A DNA stretch of 64,000 nt, from NCBI GenBank assembly GCA_964016885.1, contig OZ024740.1, positions 68,944,001 to 69,008,000 of the forward strand, in the 5' to 3' direction. Origin of the DNA: Eledone cirrhosa. Its lineage: Eukaryota. The notes under the pieces are model-generated. The model did no database searches and was not told the origin of the DNA. It saw only the letters and a list, made by a program, of their open reading frames with translations. This document shows, piece by piece, positions 1 through 13,330 of the stretch. The translations under genes and the position numbers were made by a program. The number at the start of each line of letters is the position of its first letter. The stretch's first letter is position 1.

Positions 1-56
1 TATAGAAAATTACATTTGCTTACATGACTCTCTCATATATATCTATGAATCTCTCT

Positions 57-63
<7 letters not shown>

Positions 64-106
<43 letters not shown>

Positions 107-151
107 CTCAGTCTCTTTCTCTCTCAGTCTCTTACTCTCTCAATCACTTTC

Positions 152-200
<49 letters not shown>
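64..200. repeat. Compound microsatellite (CT)n-(TA)n-(GT)n
   Basis: Directly visible. It represents dozens of similar tracts across the window, which generate the YIYI/VCVC/SLSL pseudo-ORFs. Confidence 0.95.
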
Positions 201-205
<5 letters not shown>

Positions 206-482
206 TCTCTGTGTCTCTGCGTGTGTGTATGCGGGGGTCTGTGTGTTTGTGTGTGTGTGCCTGGGTATGTGTGAGCATGTGTTGTGTTATTCGTATATGC
301 ATGCTGAGTGCGTATGGCTGTTGATTAATTCTAGTATTATTAGTTAGCTAACTGTAGATATATAAATGAGGTGACTGAAACAATTTTGTGTTAACGATAT
401 GTTTTATCCCTGAATGAACACACATATATACTCGTGCGGTATCACACACACAAACAAATATATATGCATGTACGTATATCTA

Positions 483-514
<32 letters not shown>

Positions 515-692
515 GAAGCTTTCACCGTATTTTGGGGACTAAAGTATACTTATCTTTTTCCATTTCTCTGAGGGTTCTAAACCCCACTGTCAGGGTAAAA
601 TTACTTTAGTCAAAAAGAAAAAAGAAAAAAAAATATATATATATATAGAGAGAGAGAGAAGGGAAAGAGAGGGGGAGAGAGATAGAGAGATT

Positions 693-740
<48 letters not shown>

Positions 741-1257
741 CGCGCAGATGCTAATGAATTAATTGAATACGTGATGTGATAAATAGGTACGTTTTGTTGG
801 AAATACAAGTTCAACAACAAAGTCTATTACGAGAAATTGATCTGTTTTCGATTTTCTATCGAATTCTCTCACAGCTATGGCAGGTTCATTATGAAACGAG
901 ATATTTATTGAACTAACGCACCTTTGTATGTTATTGACAAACTGCTGTATCCAAGATATATTGATCCATAGCTTTTGTCTTTCACACAGTCGTTGCAAGT
1001 GTATTTATTGCTGGGAGTGATTTTTTTTTATGTGTGTATGAATTTTTCTTTTCTCGAGCACGCGTATATCTATACTGTAATATATGAATAGTCTTTTCCT
1101 CCGAACATCTCCATTGCTCCTCCTTTAAAACCAACAATCACATGAGAGCAATGACTCCACCCATGTTGACCAAAGAGAAATAACCTGCATGGTCAAACAA
1201 AATGCTAGAATTAGTACCCACATTTCTTTCATCATTCTGGATGCTTGGTGTAAGATC

Positions 1258-1510
1258 AATAATAATAATAATCATAATAATAATAATAATAATTTCTTAT
1301 ATGAGCACAAGGCCAGCAATTTGGGGGAAGGGGAAAGTCGATCAAATCGACCCAAGTGCGTGACTCGTACTTTATTTTAATGACCCCGTAAGGATGGAAG
1401 GCAAAGCGAACCTCGGCAGGATTTGAACTCAAACCGTAAAGGACCGCAATTCTATGCCGTAAAGAATGTTGCCCGACGCTCTACCGATACAGCCAATCCA
1501 CCGAACTGAA
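1258..1510 (-). mobile_element. tRNA-derived SINE (Octopus-type family) with (ATT)n tail
   Basis: Reverse strand contains B-box-like GAGTTCAAATCC followed by GCCGAGGTTCGCTTTGCCTTCCATCCTTACGGGG. Homologous to copies at 4285, 37215, 37375 and 43762. Confidence 0.8.
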
Positions 1511-1519
1511 ATAATTACT

Positions 1520-1960
1520 TCATTCTGAGAAATGGCACAAGCATAAACTAGAGTCAGTGATAGAAAACGATCGGGTGAAGATGGTATGGGTTTTAGGATA
1601 TAAATTAACAAAGAAAGAAGGTCCCAACTGGTGGTTGTTCACAAGGAAAACAAGATCATGCTTGATTATAGATATAGTTTGCCCTTTTGATATAAGAATG
1701 CAAGAAAAGGTGAAGAAGAAAATTAACTGGTACCAGGATCTAAAGTGGGAGGTGAAAATGATTTGGGACTGCCATGAGATCAAGGTCGTCCTCAGCATCA
1801 TGGCAGCACTAGATACTATCTCAAAGAGTTTCCAATGCTGATTAAAGAACGGTGGCTCATCCCGCTATTTTGGAACACTCCAAAAGGCATGCCTACTTGG
1901 AACAGCAAGGACAATCTGATACGTTCTGATTACCTGAGGCTGCCGGTAGCGGCTTGATGT
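1520..1960 (+). pseudogene. 3' fragment of R4/Dong-like non-LTR retrotransposon (restriction-like endonuclease region)
   Basis: Translation ENDRVKMVW...CLIIDIVCPFD...KINWYQDLKWEVKMIW...ALDTI resembles the PD..D REL C-terminus of R4-type LINEs. Frameshifted. Confidence 0.65.
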
Positions 1961-2049
1961 TCATTATGGCAAATGTTCTGGTTAAATAACATCAATTACC
2001 GAATTATCAAAGTAATACAAATATTATTATTAAGAATAACAATAAGGTG

Positions 2050-3065
2050 GTGGATTAGCAGAGATGAGGGTTTAGAGTGGAAGATGGGTTCGTTGGAGGG
2101 GTCTGAGTAGAGGCGTGGGAAGAGGCGAAGGATAATTCGTTGGAGGGGTAGGGTGGTGAGGTGGTAGGTGAGGGGGAAAGAGTTACGGTCGGTGAGGACG
2201 GTGGTGCGGTGGACGGCGAGGGCGCGGGTGAGAGCGGTGTGAACGAGGAAGGGGGCGTAAACCCTTCGGGTGAAATGACGAGCCAGAGAAAGGGCCTTGG
2301 TCTCACAGTCCGTATCTCGGCTGCAAAGGCAGGGGATCCGGTGAAGTTAGGAGTAGGGAATGTAGTGTTTGGTGTGAGTAGGGTTGGGGAGGTGAAGTCA
2401 TTTAAAGAAAGTGGGTTTAAAGAAAGCGGAGGTGTTTAGTCAGCGGTGGCGGAGGGGGTTGATGGTGACGGAGATATCCAAGAAGTGGACGGTGGTGGTG
2501 GGGATGGAGGTGTTGAAATTGATGGAGGGATGGAAGAAGCAGGGGAAAGAGAGATAGGGCTCGATCTGTTCCCAGTGAGACTCGTGGCACCGATACAGTC
2601 GTCAATATAATGACAGTGTAGTTCGAGGGTGGGACCAGTATACTGGGCAAAGATCTGGGCCTCAACATAGCCAAGGAAAAGGTTGGCGTAGTTGGGTCCC
2701 ATTCTTATGTGCATGACTACCCCAGTGATTTGCTGGTAAAATCCACCCGAGAAGGAGAAGCAGTTAAGGGTGAGGGCCAACTCGGCGAGGCGGAGAAATG
2801 TCGAGGTGGAGGGGACGGGAGGGGTTGTACGAAGCTGAAGGTAGTGTGGGAGGGCGCGTAGGTCGTCGGCGTGGGGGATGACGGTGTAGAGGGATTTTAT
2901 GTCTAGGGTGAAGAGGTGGGTGGAAAGGTGAAGGAGTCGAAATAGCGGAGGGTGTGGTTGGTGTCGCAAATGTGGTGTGGGAAGGGGACGAGTGGTCGAG
3001 GATGGAGTCGAGGAAGGCATGGATTAGTTCGATAGGGCAGTTACAGGCGAAGATGATGGGGCGGG
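2050..3065 (-). pseudogene. Penelope-like element RT fragment (GC-rich, degraded)
   Basis: LFTLDIKSLYTVIPH, NCFSFSGGFYQQITGVVM...MGPNYANLFLG and YIDDCIG are PLE RT motifs. Confidence 0.85.
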
Positions 3066-4026
3066 TGTATGAGTGTATGTGTATGTGTGTGTATGTGTGT
3101 GTTTGCATGTGTGTGTCTATGTATACATCAATGATTTAACATATATAAACTACGAACCGTCTCAAATAAAGAATTATATTAATGAGTAAATTCTCTGTTG
3201 TTGCTCTGAGTTTCGGCGATTCCTGTGAGATCAACGTTTATCCAAGTATCTCGGAACAACATTGTGTGTAACCTCAGTAAAAAATATATATTATTCTAAA
3301 AATGGTAACATATAGGTTGAGAAAGAAACAGATGTACAGGAACTAATTGGTGCACAGCCAACACAAAGTTGGTAGCATGAATGAAACCAGCTATGCTGTG
3401 ATCATTAGCTGTCTAAATGGGTTTCAATATATTCAACACCTATCCACAAAACGGCTAAAATATATGAAGTTAAAGTGTCTAACAAGATAATTAAGTACTG
3501 TCCCGTTATACTTTGAACGACGAGGAATGAGACAAATTTACAGTATAGAACACAGACAGGAACGGAAAAATGAACAAATTCAAAACCAGAAACAGACTTT
3601 ACTTGAACTTACAGGCGAACAATATAACATAGCACATAATAAAAAGTTAGACACATAAAGTAAAAGAAAAACAAGAGTATAGGTGATGTAGAGAAGAAAT
3701 AATTGGATGCTTTTTGCCAAAAAGTATTGGCAATACAGTAACTACTTACTATCGAATGTTATGAAGTCTGTTGTCGAAAAGAAAAGGTGATAGGGTCATT
3801 TTACAGAGAAAGATAGTAAAGAAATCGGTCACGTGTCAGAGGAAGGGGATGAAGTTTGGTTACTATCACAGTAAATTGATAAACAACTCAAAGAGATGAG
3901 GAAATAATTATATATGTATATATACAAACAACCTATTTATAAGTAACTAGAGACGGAATGCTTATTTCCCTGGTGGAATATTTATCATTGCACAAACATA
4001 AATTATTGTGTCTAATATGAATAATA

Positions 4027-4110
4027 TATTGGGTGGTAACATAAATTCCCGCCGCTGTTATGAAACTTCTTAATAAAAACAACGGCGGGAGTTTATGTTA
4101 CAACCCAATA
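4027..4110. mobile_element. Tiny Tc1/mariner-like MITE (inverted repeats of about 33 bp)
   Basis: TATTGGGTGGTAACATAAATTCCCGCCGCTGTT ... AACAACGGCGGGAGTTTATGTTACAACCCAATA, with TA at both ends. Confidence 0.6.
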
Positions 4111-4284
4111 GTATTCTTTCTGTTTCTGTTAATGTTATTTAGTTATTATTTATAATCAATTATATTAAATTACTCTGTGGTGTGGTGTGGTATGTAATGC
4201 ATATGAAACTCATTCGACAATCGGTGATTCAAATCACATGATCGCACATCTAAGTTTCTACTATATTATTGTTAGTGGATTGGA

Positions 4285-4465
4285 AGTATCGGTAGAGGGT
4301 CGGACACCATGCTTTCAGGTATAGAGTTACGTCCCTTTACGGTCTGAGTTCAAATCCCGCCGAGGTTAACTTCGCCTTTCATCCTTACGGGGTTGATAAA
4401 ATAAAGTACCTGTAATGCACTGGAATAATTGCTAGCCTTATGCCAAAAATAGAAACAATTATTGT
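4285..4465 (+). mobile_element. tRNA-derived SINE (same family as 1258)
   Basis: TATCGGTAGAG...CTGAGTTCAAATCCCGCCGAGGTTAACTTCGCCTTTCATCCTTACGGGG...ATAAAATAAAGTACC. Confidence 0.8.
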
Positions 4466-4519
4466 TAGTTGAACATTGCAACATACTCCTGATAGTTGCA
4501 ACCCATCCTTTACTTACAT

Positions 4520-4870
4520 CTTATCAGGAATAGAATATACCGCCGTCGATTTCGACAAGCTGCGTTACATTTCTTCTCTAAAGAACAAGTCTGCTGGTGA
4601 AATTAACGAGCAGTCGGGGCTGTACATTTAACAAACACGGATAACGTAATTTGAAGAGTGATTCAGCGTGAGTGTCTGATTAGGCGGGCCTGTTGAATTA
4701 CAAGTACGATCCATTCAATAGTCTTATAAATATTTTCTGTCAATCGAATTACACTCAAGCGACATGGGTCGACGAAACTCTTTCATAAATAACACGTGTC
4801 CAGGAATCCTCGCAGTGAGACGAACCCGAGAACCCAATGATTTCAAGCGAACTTCTCAATCATTATACTG
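4520..4870 (-). mobile_element. Second tRNA-headed SINE family, degraded
   Basis: Minus strand starts GTATAATGATTGAGAAGTTCGC...GGTTCTCGGGTTCGTCTCACTGCG (A/B-box-like). The 3' boundary is uncertain. Confidence 0.5.
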
Positions 4871-5169
4871 GTTCTGATAAGGAGGTTTGTTTTTAGAAAG
4901 TGAGAATTTGGAACGTTTTACTTGTTATTGAAATGATGGACCAAGTTATTAGGATTGATTACTCTTTGAGAGACAAGTTTGTTCTGTTTGGTTTGGTTTG
5001 GGTTTTTACTATATATTACATAGTATTTAACATATATGCAATGTAACTACTTCAATCAAAACAGATTATTTGCGTTGTAATTCTTTAAATTAGCCTTCCG
5101 TCTCATTGGAATCATAACATAAATACCACATTGAAATAAAACTTAGGAATTTTGAGACAGCTCCCTATG

Positions 5170-5460
5170 AATGAAACTTTTCACGGTAACTTACCACTGA
5201 TATTAGACGTCATCACAGAAAGAAGAAGATTCGCTGGATATTGCTAGAGAGCAAAGGATGAGATAACCTGTGATGTTCTTCTTTGAGAACCGAAGCATAT
5301 TTACATCAATGTTGTAGTCAACTTCAAACCTACATAAACCAATTGTGTGAGAATTCTGAGTCCATCCGAGATCTAACATGGAGTAATTGCAGATCGAACA
5401 GACTGGAGAGAACGAGTTATGGTGATCCTTGCACAAAACACGTCCGAATGATGATGATTA
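5170..5460 (+). pseudogene. RTE-X-like LINE 3' end with (ATG)n tail
   Basis: Translates to FAGYC*RAKDEITCDVLL...TYINQLCENS...ADRTDWRERV, then GATGATGAT. Confidence 0.6.
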
Positions 5461-6475
5461 TGTTGCTTCCGTAAGACCACAGTTTAATTATTGGAGTCTA
5501 TATAAAAAAAAAGAGGAATAGCAAGAAAAGTTTGGCGGTTCAATTGTCTTTAATCCAATCGATTCGAGTCTCAAATATCAACTAGAAATAAACATTGAAA
5601 ATTATAATTCTTACTTCGGTCAAGACAACATTTTCTAAGGAAATGTATTGGATATTTTATTGGTTTATTAATAAAGCTTCGGTAAATGAAATATGTGCAC
5701 AGCTACGTGTTTAATTACTGGAATTATTTTATTATTTTATTATATACAATTTCCTCTAACTCCTATAAGATTTTCATATTTAGATACAATCATCTTCATA
5801 TAAATGTACTTATAATAAGCAAATTCCAACAAGCAATGATAAAGAAGTGGTGGGGGAGTTGGCAATAATCTAGATTTAAATTTCAATTAAGTTTATATTG
5901 CGTACAAACTTGGATGATTTAATACGTAGCATACACATATTAACAAGTTATAATTATTATAAATTTCTTAATACCGTTCCTTCCTTACACTGAAATTCTC
6001 ACGAAAGAGACGATACTTTATACAGCGATATTTATTGGAATATGATTATACAGTATAGCAAGAATGAGAAAACACACTTTTCGTTTGTGGTATTCTTTTA
6101 AAAGTATTATATAAACTCTCTGATGAAACATTTAAATTGCATGAGACAGACTTCTCTCGATTAGTTCATATGGCACTGTTTTCCATCTAATCGCTATCAG
6201 TTATTCGGTGAATATGTACATTCTCGTAAACAATACAGAAACTTACACACACACACTCACACATAGACACACACACATACACAGACAAACACAAGCACAC
6301 ACATACTCACATACTCACACATACATACACACATTCCCAGACACTCACACATAGATTGTTTTACTATATATATATATATATATATCATTCTACCAAAATA
6401 ATATTTTAGTAAATAATGGTCTGAAAATTTGGGTTATAGTCCTTAAAGTACATGGAACTTTTCATTGTATAATAT

Positions 6476-6562
<87 letters not shown>

Positions 6563-6563
6563 A

Positions 6564-6596
<33 letters not shown>

Positions 6597-6607
6597 ATAT
6601 ATAATAA

Positions 6608-7020
6608 TATATAAGATCAAAAGATGGTTAAAAGAGTTCCATGTATTTTATAACGCGCATTTCTAAAAGAAATATCATCATGCAATAACATTTGCGTTTT
6701 CGTCAGATAAAATAGGGAGACATGATATGAAGGTTAAAACACACTTGTGAATAGTGCAGTTTTAAATCAACATATAAAATTGCACTATTCAAAGTGTGTT
6801 TTAACCTTCAGATCATGTCTCCCTATTTTATATGACGAAAACGCATATGTTATTGCATGATGATATTTGTGTTTGAAATGCACATAATAAAATACATGGA
6901 ACTCTTTTAACCATCTTTTGATCTTATATATTATTATTTATACTCCAGTCCTACAAATTGTAGAGTGGTACTTATCCAATATCTGCATTGCTTTATTGTA
7001 CTACAAGAAAACTCACCTCC

Positions 7021-7025
<5 letters not shown>
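6608..7025. mobile_element. Fold-back non-autonomous PLE-type mini-element (hammerhead family A)
   Basis: 6608-6770 and 6780-6930 are inverted copies, followed by a tail ending at (TA)n. Related copies at 17885-18158 and 25795-26037. Confidence 0.75.
6644..6714 (-). ncRNA. Type I hammerhead ribozyme motif (family A)
   Basis: TATTTTAT-CTGACGA-long stem II-GAAA-TGCGCG-TT-ATAAAATA. The mirror copy at about 6824-6895 has a mutated core (ATGACGA). Confidence 0.65.
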
Positions 7026-7079
<54 letters not shown>

Positions 7080-7083
<4 letters not shown>

Positions 7084-7215
7084 CAAAGGAATTATGGTAA
7101 GGAACCAGACGGACCAAAACGCTCCAGAGTACTCGATACTTAGGGTAGTAGATTGGGAAATTGAGTCCAGAAATAGCCGTCGAAACGGCTTGAGCTCTGC
7201 CGTCGGGTTCATACC
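7080..7215 (-). mobile_element. Short PLE 3'-end fragment abutting (TA)n, with an inverted piece
   Basis: Same family at 19370-19500, 49398-49585 and 57318-57478, always joined to (TA)n. Contains the HHR 3' half GAAA-CGGC..GCCG-TC. Confidence 0.6.
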
Positions 7216-7525
7216 CCCCCCCTCTCTCTCTATCTCTCTCACTCTCTCTCACTCTCTGATAGAATGCTTTATTGTAATCATTCCGGCTCTCTGGTCTTTG
7301 GGATCAAATGCGGCCTTTCGCGGTTGATAAAAAAGCACCAGTCTAATACCTGGGGTCATTCTTCCTCTATATATCTTTCTCATTTCCTCTGTCACCATCT
7401 GTCTTTCTCTGGAAGAAATTTGTTGTACTGAGGCCTGGAGATGGATCGGCTCTGCCACGCTTAAAATGACCAAGAAACGCAGGATGTCAATATGTTGCCT
7501 CTACGACTCTATCAGGAGTTACGGG

Positions 7526-7597
<72 letters not shown>

Positions 7598-8979
7598 TAA
7601 AAAGATCGGAGACTATATTCAGTTGATTCAGGTTTATTTAAAACTATGTTATACATATTTCACTGAGAACTAGCAGTTATTATAGCCACAGACGGCAAAA
7701 CTTATAAAAACACTAAAAGTCCACCCCAAAAAGACCTTCAATTTGGAAGAATCCAATATATACATATATACAAATAAATATATAAATATATACAAACATA
7801 TATAAATATATATATGTATTATTACCTTCTATACACATTCAGTTTAGTATCTCACAGAGACGGCGATATAAGTCGTTTGCACAAAGTTGCACAACGTTGT
7901 CTATCAAAGTTACACGTATTTTCCATAATATATACTCATATAAATGTTTCAGTTCAAATTATGTTGTACAGCTAAATTTAAGAAGTAACAGTTTAATTAT
8001 AATTTCAGATTTGAATGTTACAATCTCTATACCAAGGAATAACATCACTGACTTTATAATACATAACCCTAACTAGACCTTGAAAAGAACTAGACATTCG
8101 CTATTTCGGTGCTTCCTATTTACCTACCGATAATCTCACAGTTTATATATTATTTGCAATAATATATATTATATTCAAAACCACATAAGGCTCAAATATA
8201 AACAACATAATATTTGTATGATTCCGCATTTAAAATATTAATCTAATCTTATAATAGAAATTTCAATTGAATTCGTTCAGATTTACCTTCTCTGCTGCTT
8301 GGGCAAGAATTAAATATTTAAATGAATAAGAATTCATACAATTCGATTTTATTAAAATAGTTTGTATATATAAACATATATATATATATACAGACACATA
8401 AATAAACCAATCCTCACATATACAAACATACACACGCATGTACAAAAGCATCACACCTCACATTCAAATACAAGTTACGCTATGATTACCTTAATTAGCT
8501 GTGTAAGACTGTCAAACAGGCTTTTCTAGATTTCAACCCGTCATCAGTGACATTTACTCACAGTACTGAGACATGTTTAAACTATAGCTTATATGCTTTT
8601 TGAGAATGGTCTAGATGATCATTTGTATATAGTGCAAACTTTCTATGTTAGCGATTGTGTTCTGTCTTCTTTCCGATGTGAATAGATATGTAGTTCTAGA
8701 AGAATTTGCAGTGATTATGTGAATCCCAATTGAAGAATAGGTACACAATATTCCGGTGTGTAGTTAGAGGAGACTAAAAGAATAAGGATCACAAAGGACA
8801 TATAGCAATGCTTGAAAAGGAACACATAATCAGGGGAGCTACTGCTATGGGAAAAGACCAACAATGTATTGATGTTTGCAGGAAGAGTCATCTATAAGTG
8901 TTCACATTTGTTATTGGGCGTTGTATTGAATGTGACATTAGTACAGTTATACTGTTATATGAACAGTTACATGTTCTGA

Positions 8980-9160
8980 TAGGTTATATTTTTCAGAAAA
9001 TGAAATACACATGTATCCCAGTGGGTGGTTTCTCCCCTGTGTGAATACGGGTGAGGCTAGTTAAGTGATCACATCGAGAGAATTATTTCCCCAAGATATC
9101 ACAATGATATGGTTTCTCACTTGTATGAGAATGATGTACCACATATATCACAATATGAGC
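8980..9160 (-). pseudogene. Decayed C2H2 zinc-finger array
   Basis: Minus strand reads YCDICGTSFS / [33 protein letters not shown], with TGEKP linkers, stops and frameshifts. Confidence 0.75.
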
Positions 9161-10110
9161 AGACCTAATGACTGATGACAAAAGTGTTGCCACACATAAG
9201 AATAGTAATGCAGTAATGGATAGACAGATATAGTATAATGTACAAGAAAGTCTGGTGCGTAATTACCAGGGTATACAAAAATTTGCCACATACACAGATA
9301 AAAGTAAACACACACAACATGTTGCAGTAGTCACAATATTTAAAGACACAAAGACACATACACACACATGTCTATACTCCAAATCACATTTTCCTACACA
9401 TCCATATGATTCTCCTTTATGATATAAACCTGTTGTTTTTAGAAATAGCGCATTTTGTAAAGTAAGTCCACATATAATTTGTAAGACAAGAACCACGTTA
9501 TACAGTATAAAATACATAGATTGGAGGTATAGGAACACAACCACAAGGTACATAGGAAAAAAGGCCCGCACATATGTATGCTACACAAACACACGCACAC
9601 AGCGGAAACGCAAAGAGCCGAGAACAGTTAAGGATTAACAGGAGCCGGAGGCAACATTGAAATACAATGGGTTAATATCTAATAGATAATATCACAGAAT
9701 GTGTGAAGAAAGAGCTTTCATAATGAAAGAAATAACCTTAGTTTTATAGCTAACCAAAAATGGATTTGTAACTATATCAATAAAAAGAGAAAACTGAAGT
9801 AGGACTCACCACGTGCTTGAGTTTTTACTGGTTACAGGACCCTCTAATCCCAAAGTATAAACACATTTATCTATCTCTGGTGTTGCTTTTGCAATATATT
9901 GATTGGTATGGTTTCAGCCTCATCTATGGTATGGAATTATCTCTTGTATGTAATACTTTTGAAACGTCAAACAATATCTAAATTCCTTAAGATATATAGA
10001 CTAAGGGACATATACCTGCTATGTAACGTGGGTTTGTCCTCTGCTCTACATTGAATCATATGTAAAATTAAAATTGTGTTCCTAGTATAACTATTCTCTC
10101 TCTCTCTCTC

Positions 10111-10166
<56 letters not shown>

Positions 10167-10167
10167 G

Positions 10168-10301
10168 GTGGTAGAACACTGGAAGGTAATATCCGTAGTG
10201 GTAGAGCATTCAGTCCATGGGACGGGTTAGGTAGCAGTGGTTACACAACAATTAGTTCACCATAACGAGAACAATTGTTTCACTTAGCGGATCCTCAGCT
10301 C
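10168..10301 (-). mobile_element. PLE 3' end (homologous to 55744-55881) with HHR motif at 10267-10301
   Basis: GAG-CTGAGGA-tccgctaagt-GAAA-CAATTG-TT-CTC, then a tail running into (TA)n. Confidence 0.6.
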
Positions 10302-10320
10302 TATTAAGGATTCTAATGCC

Positions 10321-12123
10321 GTGCACGTCCATTCCGACAAAACTGGCAACCTATATCAAGTGGAGCGCAGTACTTACCATCAACTACTACATAATGCTGT
10401 AACTAAGGATTACCGTAAAATTAATCGGTGCGTCATCAATGAAATCAACGATGCTGGGTTTAAAATCACCTCTGATCTCAACATCCTGGACCGGACCGAA
10501 CCTCTGGACCCTATTTCTCTCCACTTTACCCTGAAGCATAACAAATCCAATTTTCCGAACAACCCTTCTATTCGGCTTATTAACCCTACGAAGTCCGATT
10601 TAGGTACACTTAGTAAAAGGATTCTTGATAGAATTATACCTGAAATTAGAAGTTTGGCCCCTCTTGCACTGTGGAATAATTCTTTCGCGGTGATTGATTG
10701 GTTCAACGGCATATGCAACAAGGAACATTGCCGTTTTATCCAATTCGACATCAATAATTGCTACTCCTCCATCACTTTACCACTTCTCCTTAGAGCTATC
10801 AATTTCGCTAAAACACTCAAAGTGGTTAAGGATTTCAAAGTTGATGTCATCCGAAATGCCCGTAAGTCGGTGATTAATTTCAGCGACTCTATTTGGATTA
10901 AAAAATCCAATAGTACCCCATTCGGCGTGAGTATGGGCGCCAGTGACTCTGCGGAGGTTACTGATCTTATCGGCCTTTTCCTTCTTTTCTCTATCAAGGA
11001 CGAATTCCCCAACGCGGGCGGTGGTTTTTACCGTGATGATGGTCTTTTGACCATGACTAAGTGGGGCCCTTGTGCTTGCGACAGGTTCAGAAAAGAACTC
11101 ACAGCCTTCTTTAAAGGCTTGAACCTCTCTATACAGGTTGAGGCCAACCTCTCGGTCGTTAAATACATCCGCGTTACCCTCAATTTATCGAATGGTTTGT
11201 ATTACCCGTATAGAAAGCCGAATGATATGCTTAATTACATAAGTAAGCATTCCAACCATCCTGCCAGCATAACCAAGAACCTGGTAAGAAACGTTCCGTT
11301 GAGGCTTTCCCGTCTATCTACTGACGAGCATATTTTCAACGACCATTCCTATTATTACAATGAAGCTCTTGCTCGGAGTCGATTTGTCGATAACATAGCA
11401 TATACAGAGTACGAGAATAGACCTAGAAGAAATAGATCCCGTCGCATTATATGGTATAACCCACCATATAATATGGAGGTGGCCACACCATTAGCTAAGA
11501 TCTTTCTATCCCTTATTACGAAGGATTTCCCCCCTACACATAAATATAGTAAATTTTTTCATAGAAACACTATTAAAATGTCTTACTCTACGACTCCTAA
11601 CCTTGCACATAACATCACAGCTTCAAATTTAGCTAAACTACCTAGCCGTAGGAACACGTGCAACCCTGTAGTTAGTACTAACTGTAATTGTACGAATCGG
11701 GCTGATTGCCCCCTGTCCGGGAAATGCCTCTCTAGTAACAATGTCTACAAATGTAAGGTTGAAACACCCACGTCCCGTAGGGCCTACATAGAGTTAACCG
11801 CCAATATATTCAAGCAGCGTCTTTCCATGCATACCCATTCTTTTCGTTACCCTCTAAGAAGGAATATGACGTCACTTTCAACTTATATCTGGAGTCTAAA
11901 AGACAACCACACCCAATATAAGTTACACTGGGAGATCCTAGCTAGGGCTAGGTCGTATAACGGAAATAAAAGACCATGTGACCTCTGCGTCGCTGAAGCC
12001 CTGGAAATACTCTTCGCCACAGACCACATCTTAAACAACAAATCTGAGGCAATTTCTGCTTCTAAACATAAATTGCACATAACTTTCCTGTATTACAGCC
12101 CCACATTATACCCTAACGGATAG
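10321..12123 (+). CDS. Penelope-like (Naiad-type) RT + GIY-YIG endonuclease, 5'-truncated, 600 codons open but with degenerate motifs
   Basis: SDKTGNLY, RLINPTKSDLG, FIQFDI, SMGASDSAE, FYRDDG, WYNPPY, CNC..CPLSGKCL, NVYKC..AYIELT..FKQR, CDLCVAE. YIG is changed to YIE and FYPSI to CYSSI. Confidence 0.88.
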   Translation: MHVHSDKTGNLYQVERSTYHQLLHNAVTKDYRKINRCVINEINDAGFKITSDLNILDRTEPLDPISLHFTLKHNKSNFPNNPSIRLINPTKSDLGTLSKRILDRIIPEIRSLAPLALWNNSFAVIDWFNGICNKEHCRFIQFDINNCYSSITLPLLLRAINFAKTLKVVKDFKVDVIRNARKSVINFSDSIWIKKSNSTPFGVSMGASDSAEVTDLIGLFLLFSIKDEFPNAGGGFYRDDGLLTMTKWGPCACDRFRKELTAFFKGLNLSIQVEANLSVVKYIRVTLNLSNGLYYPYRKPNDMLNYISKHSNHPASITKNLVRNVPLRLSRLSTDEHIFNDHSYYYNEALARSRFVDNIAYTEYENRPRRNRSRRIIWYNPPYNMEVATPLAKIFLSLITKDFPPTHKYSKFFHRNTIKMSYSTTPNLAHNITASNLAKLPSRRNTCNPVVSTNCNCTNRADCPLSGKCLSSNNVYKCKVETPTSRRAYIELTANIFKQRLSMHTHSFRYPLRRNMTSLSTYIWSLKDNHTQYKLHWEILARARSYNGNKRPCDLCVAEALEILFATDHILNNKSEAISASKHKLHITFLYYSPTLYPNG

Positions 12124-13183
<1,060 letters not shown>

Positions 13184-13260
13184 ATCATGGATTTATAAAT
13201 ATAGTTTCCATTTATTATATATATATATATATAATAAATGGAAACTATATTTATAAATCC

Positions 13261-13330
<70 letters not shown>

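Noticed and set aside
4285-4465. tRNA gene
   Set aside because: Only A/B-box-like remnants are present within a dispersed SINE body, with no complete cloverleaf.
8510-8552. Hammerhead-like motif on minus (TGTCA-CTGATGA..GAAA..TT-TGACA); similar partial motifs at about 3200, 7645, 24630, 38005, 41155, 48050-48110 and 49830-49880
   Set aside because: One or more stems or core halves are missing or unpaired. These are probably decayed HHRs but cannot be supported individually.
10321-12123. Selenoprotein-type Naiad
   Set aside because: Some Naiads use Sec, but the Cys motifs here (and at 15.0-15.5k, 40.2-40.6k, 56.1-56.5k) are ordinary Cys codons with no in-frame TGA.
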